Source: Naegleria gruberi (lineage: Eukaryota). Taken from it: DNA of 64,000 nt. The translations under genes and the position numbers were made by a program. The stretch lies in assembly GCA_000004985.1 (NCBI GenBank), contig GG738871.1; one strand, 5' to 3'. Every line of letters begins with the position of its first letter. Position 1 is the stretch's first letter. Positions 61,382 to 64,000 of the stretch are shown one piece after another. The notes under the pieces were generated by a model, which saw only the letters and a program-made list of their open reading frames with translations, had not been told where the DNA came from and did not search any database.

Positions 61382-61889
61382 TTATTCAAGGAGTGATTCG
61401 ACACATTTTCTCACTCTCTTCCTATATTCCTTCTTATCATTGACAAATAATTTAGCAGCTTCTGGATTGGCTGGAGAATCTGGATTAGGATCTTCTAATA
61501 AAGATAAGATACTAGTGAGAATCGAATCGACTGTATAAATTGGTGACCATTTGTCCTGTACAATATCCAAACAGATAGAACCATCCTTATAAACATTTGG
61601 ATGGAAAATTTTGCTTGTAAATTTAACTTTTGGTGGTTTTGAAGGATAATCAGTTGGGAATGTTAATCGGAGGAAGAAGATACCACCTTCCCAGATTGAA
61701 TCCATAGGACTGTAAGCTTGTTTGTAATTTTCCAAATTTCAAAAAAACATACCCTGTAATGGTTGCGTTCCAAACATACAGATCATTATCACTTTCAGGG
61801 CTTGCTGTAATTCCTTCTGGTGGATCCTTTTGTATTTGTTGAAGATCGGATAAGAGACGAAGTTTGCTACTACTTCCACTATTGCTCAT
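61382..61889 (-). CDS. Ubiquitin-conjugating enzyme E2 (Rad6/UBE2A-like). Two exons (61889..61753 and 61709..61382) with a 43-nt GTATGT..TTACAG intron.
   Basis: Exon 1 reads '[46 protein letters not shown]'. Exon 2 reads '(G)[81 protein letters not shown]...' and includes the HPN motif and the catalytic Cys. Phase 2 is consistent. Confidence 0.88.
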
Positions 61890-62409
61890 ATTTTTATTTT
61901 TAAATTTAAAAAATTAATACGTTATAAAAATAGTTTCAAAGGCTTCTTTGATTTTTTACTTCCGTAAGAAGATCAATCCTCAATAACAACCTGCTTGTTT
62001 TTGCTATTATGAGCAAACGATAATGATTCTTCTTAATAATTTTTAAATAATATCTTATAATTTAATGAGGAGAATTAATGTCGGAATGTAGAACAGTAGA
62101 ACATTATTTTGAATCTCATGTGGGATAAAATCATTTCCTCATTCGTTGTTGTCATCAAAGGGAGCTGTTCCTTTCACTCTGATGCACTCTGTACTCTACA
62201 GCTCGTACACAACATTATCACCAAAATAGGCCGGTAAGGTTTAGGCTGTGTGGGGTGATTCGAGTTAACGTTGTGAGAGACCACAAGCATTTAACAACAC
62301 AACGATACTATTAACTTCCTTGTGTGATTTCGACTTGTCGCTGTCAATGTTTAAATTAATTCAAAAAAAACATCTAACAACCATTATTTAAAGAGAGCAA
62401 TTTTGTAGG

Positions 62410-64000
62410 ATGCGTGCTCTTCAAGTTTTGTTTTGCATAGCCTTGTTGATGGTGATGCTAGTAGATAATTCTTATTCCATTTACTCTAACTCTGCTTCTG
62501 TTTGTTCATGCTCTGGGAGTTGCCCATCCAGTTTTGGACAATTGACATATGATACTACCAATTCTGTGTTCTATACTAGAGGAGATACCAGTATTTATTC
62601 CTGCTCTAAAACACAAACCACAGGTAACAGTATTTCCAGTCTTGTTGGTAGTGTTCCATCGGTTGGTGATAATGTGGTTTTTACCACAGTACAAAGCAAA
62701 GGGGTTGTAATTTATGATCAATATAATGACGGGACAGAACAAGTTGTGACTTATTACATTGATGATACCTCCAGCGTAATCGATAATATTACCTTTACAC
62801 CTGGTGCAGTAAACCTCAAATCTGGAGATGGTAAGTTTTTTTAAAATGTTAATAACAATGTTGACATTTGACAATCAAAGTAATCTTGCTTTCCGATAGT
62901 ACCAACAATGAAATCAATTCTATTCAGATTGGAATTGGTACCCCAACCTTGTTATTTTCTGCCAATGCCCCTGTAAAGGATGTGGTTTTTTCTACAGATA
63001 TCTTGTTTGTAGGTCTGGAAAATCAAGTAGTTCTCTATAATCCTACTACTTTATTAAATATTGATACAACATTTTCAGGAGAAACTTTTGTTAGCATTCT
63101 TTATATGAGTGGTGTTGTGAATGATAAGGTATGTTTTGAAATGATGTGTTATTACAATAATGTATTAGATTTATCTTGTGGACAGTATCTCTGCTTCCAG
63201 TTTTGCAATTAGAAGAATATCTTTTTCTGGATCACATGAAACAGCAACTATTAAAACTATTTATACAACCACTTCTTCCATTAGTGGTATTTATGCAGTT
63301 AGTGATTCTGAAGTTTATTTCATAGAAGGCACGGAAATTAGAAAGTTACAATTCGATTGCACTGCCGGAGAAGTAGCACCAATTTGTGAAAATTGCCCAA
63401 CAGGCTACAGTTCTAGCTCACCTTTTGCAAGTTGTTTCCCTGTTTGCACAGGTGATTGTAATAATAATGGAGTATGTGTTGCTCCTGAGGTTTGCTCCTG
63501 TAATGCAGGTTTTAATGGAAGCAAGTGTGAAAACACAATTCCATTTTGTGGAGGTATTGCTGGAAACGAAACCAATGTTTGTAATAGTAGAGGTGTTTGT
63601 GTTTCCACTAATTTATGCGAATGTTATGACAGTAATAGTTATGGTGGAAACTTGTGCGAAACTGTAAAATGTTTTGGAAAGCTCAGTACAGATATTTTAT
63701 CTGTTTGCAGTGGTAATGGAACTTGTGATGCAGTTGACTTTTGTAATTGTGATGCTACTCACGGAGGAAGTAATTGTGATATTGTGAAATGTAATGGAAC
63801 CTTGGCAAATGAGACTTCAGTTTGTTATGGTCATGGTAAATGCATTAATGTAGATCTTTGTGACTGTAATTCAACTCACTGGGGTGGTGTATTTTGTGAA
63901 ACACCAAAATGTAATGGAATTCTAGCAACAGATACAAATGTTTGTAATTATCAAGGAGTTTGTTCAGGAGCTGACTTGTGTGCTTGTAATTCAACATATG
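62410..64000 (+). CDS. Secreted protein with multiple tenascin-type EGF-like repeats. It is partial because the 3' end runs off the window. Exons are 62410..62830, 62881..63128 and 63169..>64000, with introns of 50 and 40 nt.
   Basis: It starts with the signal peptide 'MRALQVLFCIALLMVML'. Exon 3 carries at least 8 repeats of 'C.NG.C.....C.C.....G..CE..KC' (for example 'CTGDCNNNGVCVAPEVCSCNAGFNGSKCE'). The donors are GTAAGT and GTATGT and the acceptors are CAAAG and ATTAG. Phases are 1 and 0 and are consistent. Track ORFs 62868..63212 and 63386..63667 are fragments or wrong-frame pieces of this gene. Confidence 0.6.

Overview
This window is nuclear DNA from an AT-rich, gene-dense eukaryote. 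It is not prokaryotic and carries no CRISPR, integron or phage-defence island. Evidence for a eukaryote: a 60S ribosomal protein L13a gene, a Rho/Rac GTPase with a CAAX tail, a Rad6-type E2, a DDX23/Prp28-like DEAD-box helicase, a tRNA-Lys(UUU) with no encoded CCA, and many phase-consistent GT..AG spliceosomal introns that are mostly 40–63 nt (range 33–223 nt). Many ORFs in the supplied track are exon fragments. The track also renders TTG/CTG/GTG starts as 'M', so several 5' ends were re-derived by hand. The organism is probably a heterolobosean amoeboflagellate of the Naegleria type. Clues are a Tet/JBP dioxygenase closely matching the NgTet1 catalytic motifs as I recall them, a T4-Rnl2/kinetoplastid-REL-type RNA ligase, AT content of roughly 65–70 %, very short introns and Q/N-rich proteins. 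This is an inference only. About 43 protein-coding genes are supported, plus one tRNA and one 96-bp tandem repeat. The most interesting content, in order: (1) a Tet/JBP 2OG-Fe(II) dioxygenase with a C-terminal chromo-like domain, arranged head-to-head with a large P4H-type 2OG-Fe(II) oxygenase gene, with an AlkB-like dioxygenase elsewhere in the window; (2) a phage-T4-Rnl2-like RNA ligase; (3) a U-box–vWA–Hint (Vint-type) protein; (4) a type-II membrane protein with a fibrinogen-related-domain-like C-terminus; (5) an OARD1/TARG1-like macrodomain gene and a TM serine protease, each showing an apparent frameshift; (6) a CDGSH gene with a 22-nt micro-exon; and (7) several genes with bacterial affinities (PaiB, hemerythrin, CISD3, AlkB). 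Functional calls rest on motif recognition from memory. No database search was run.
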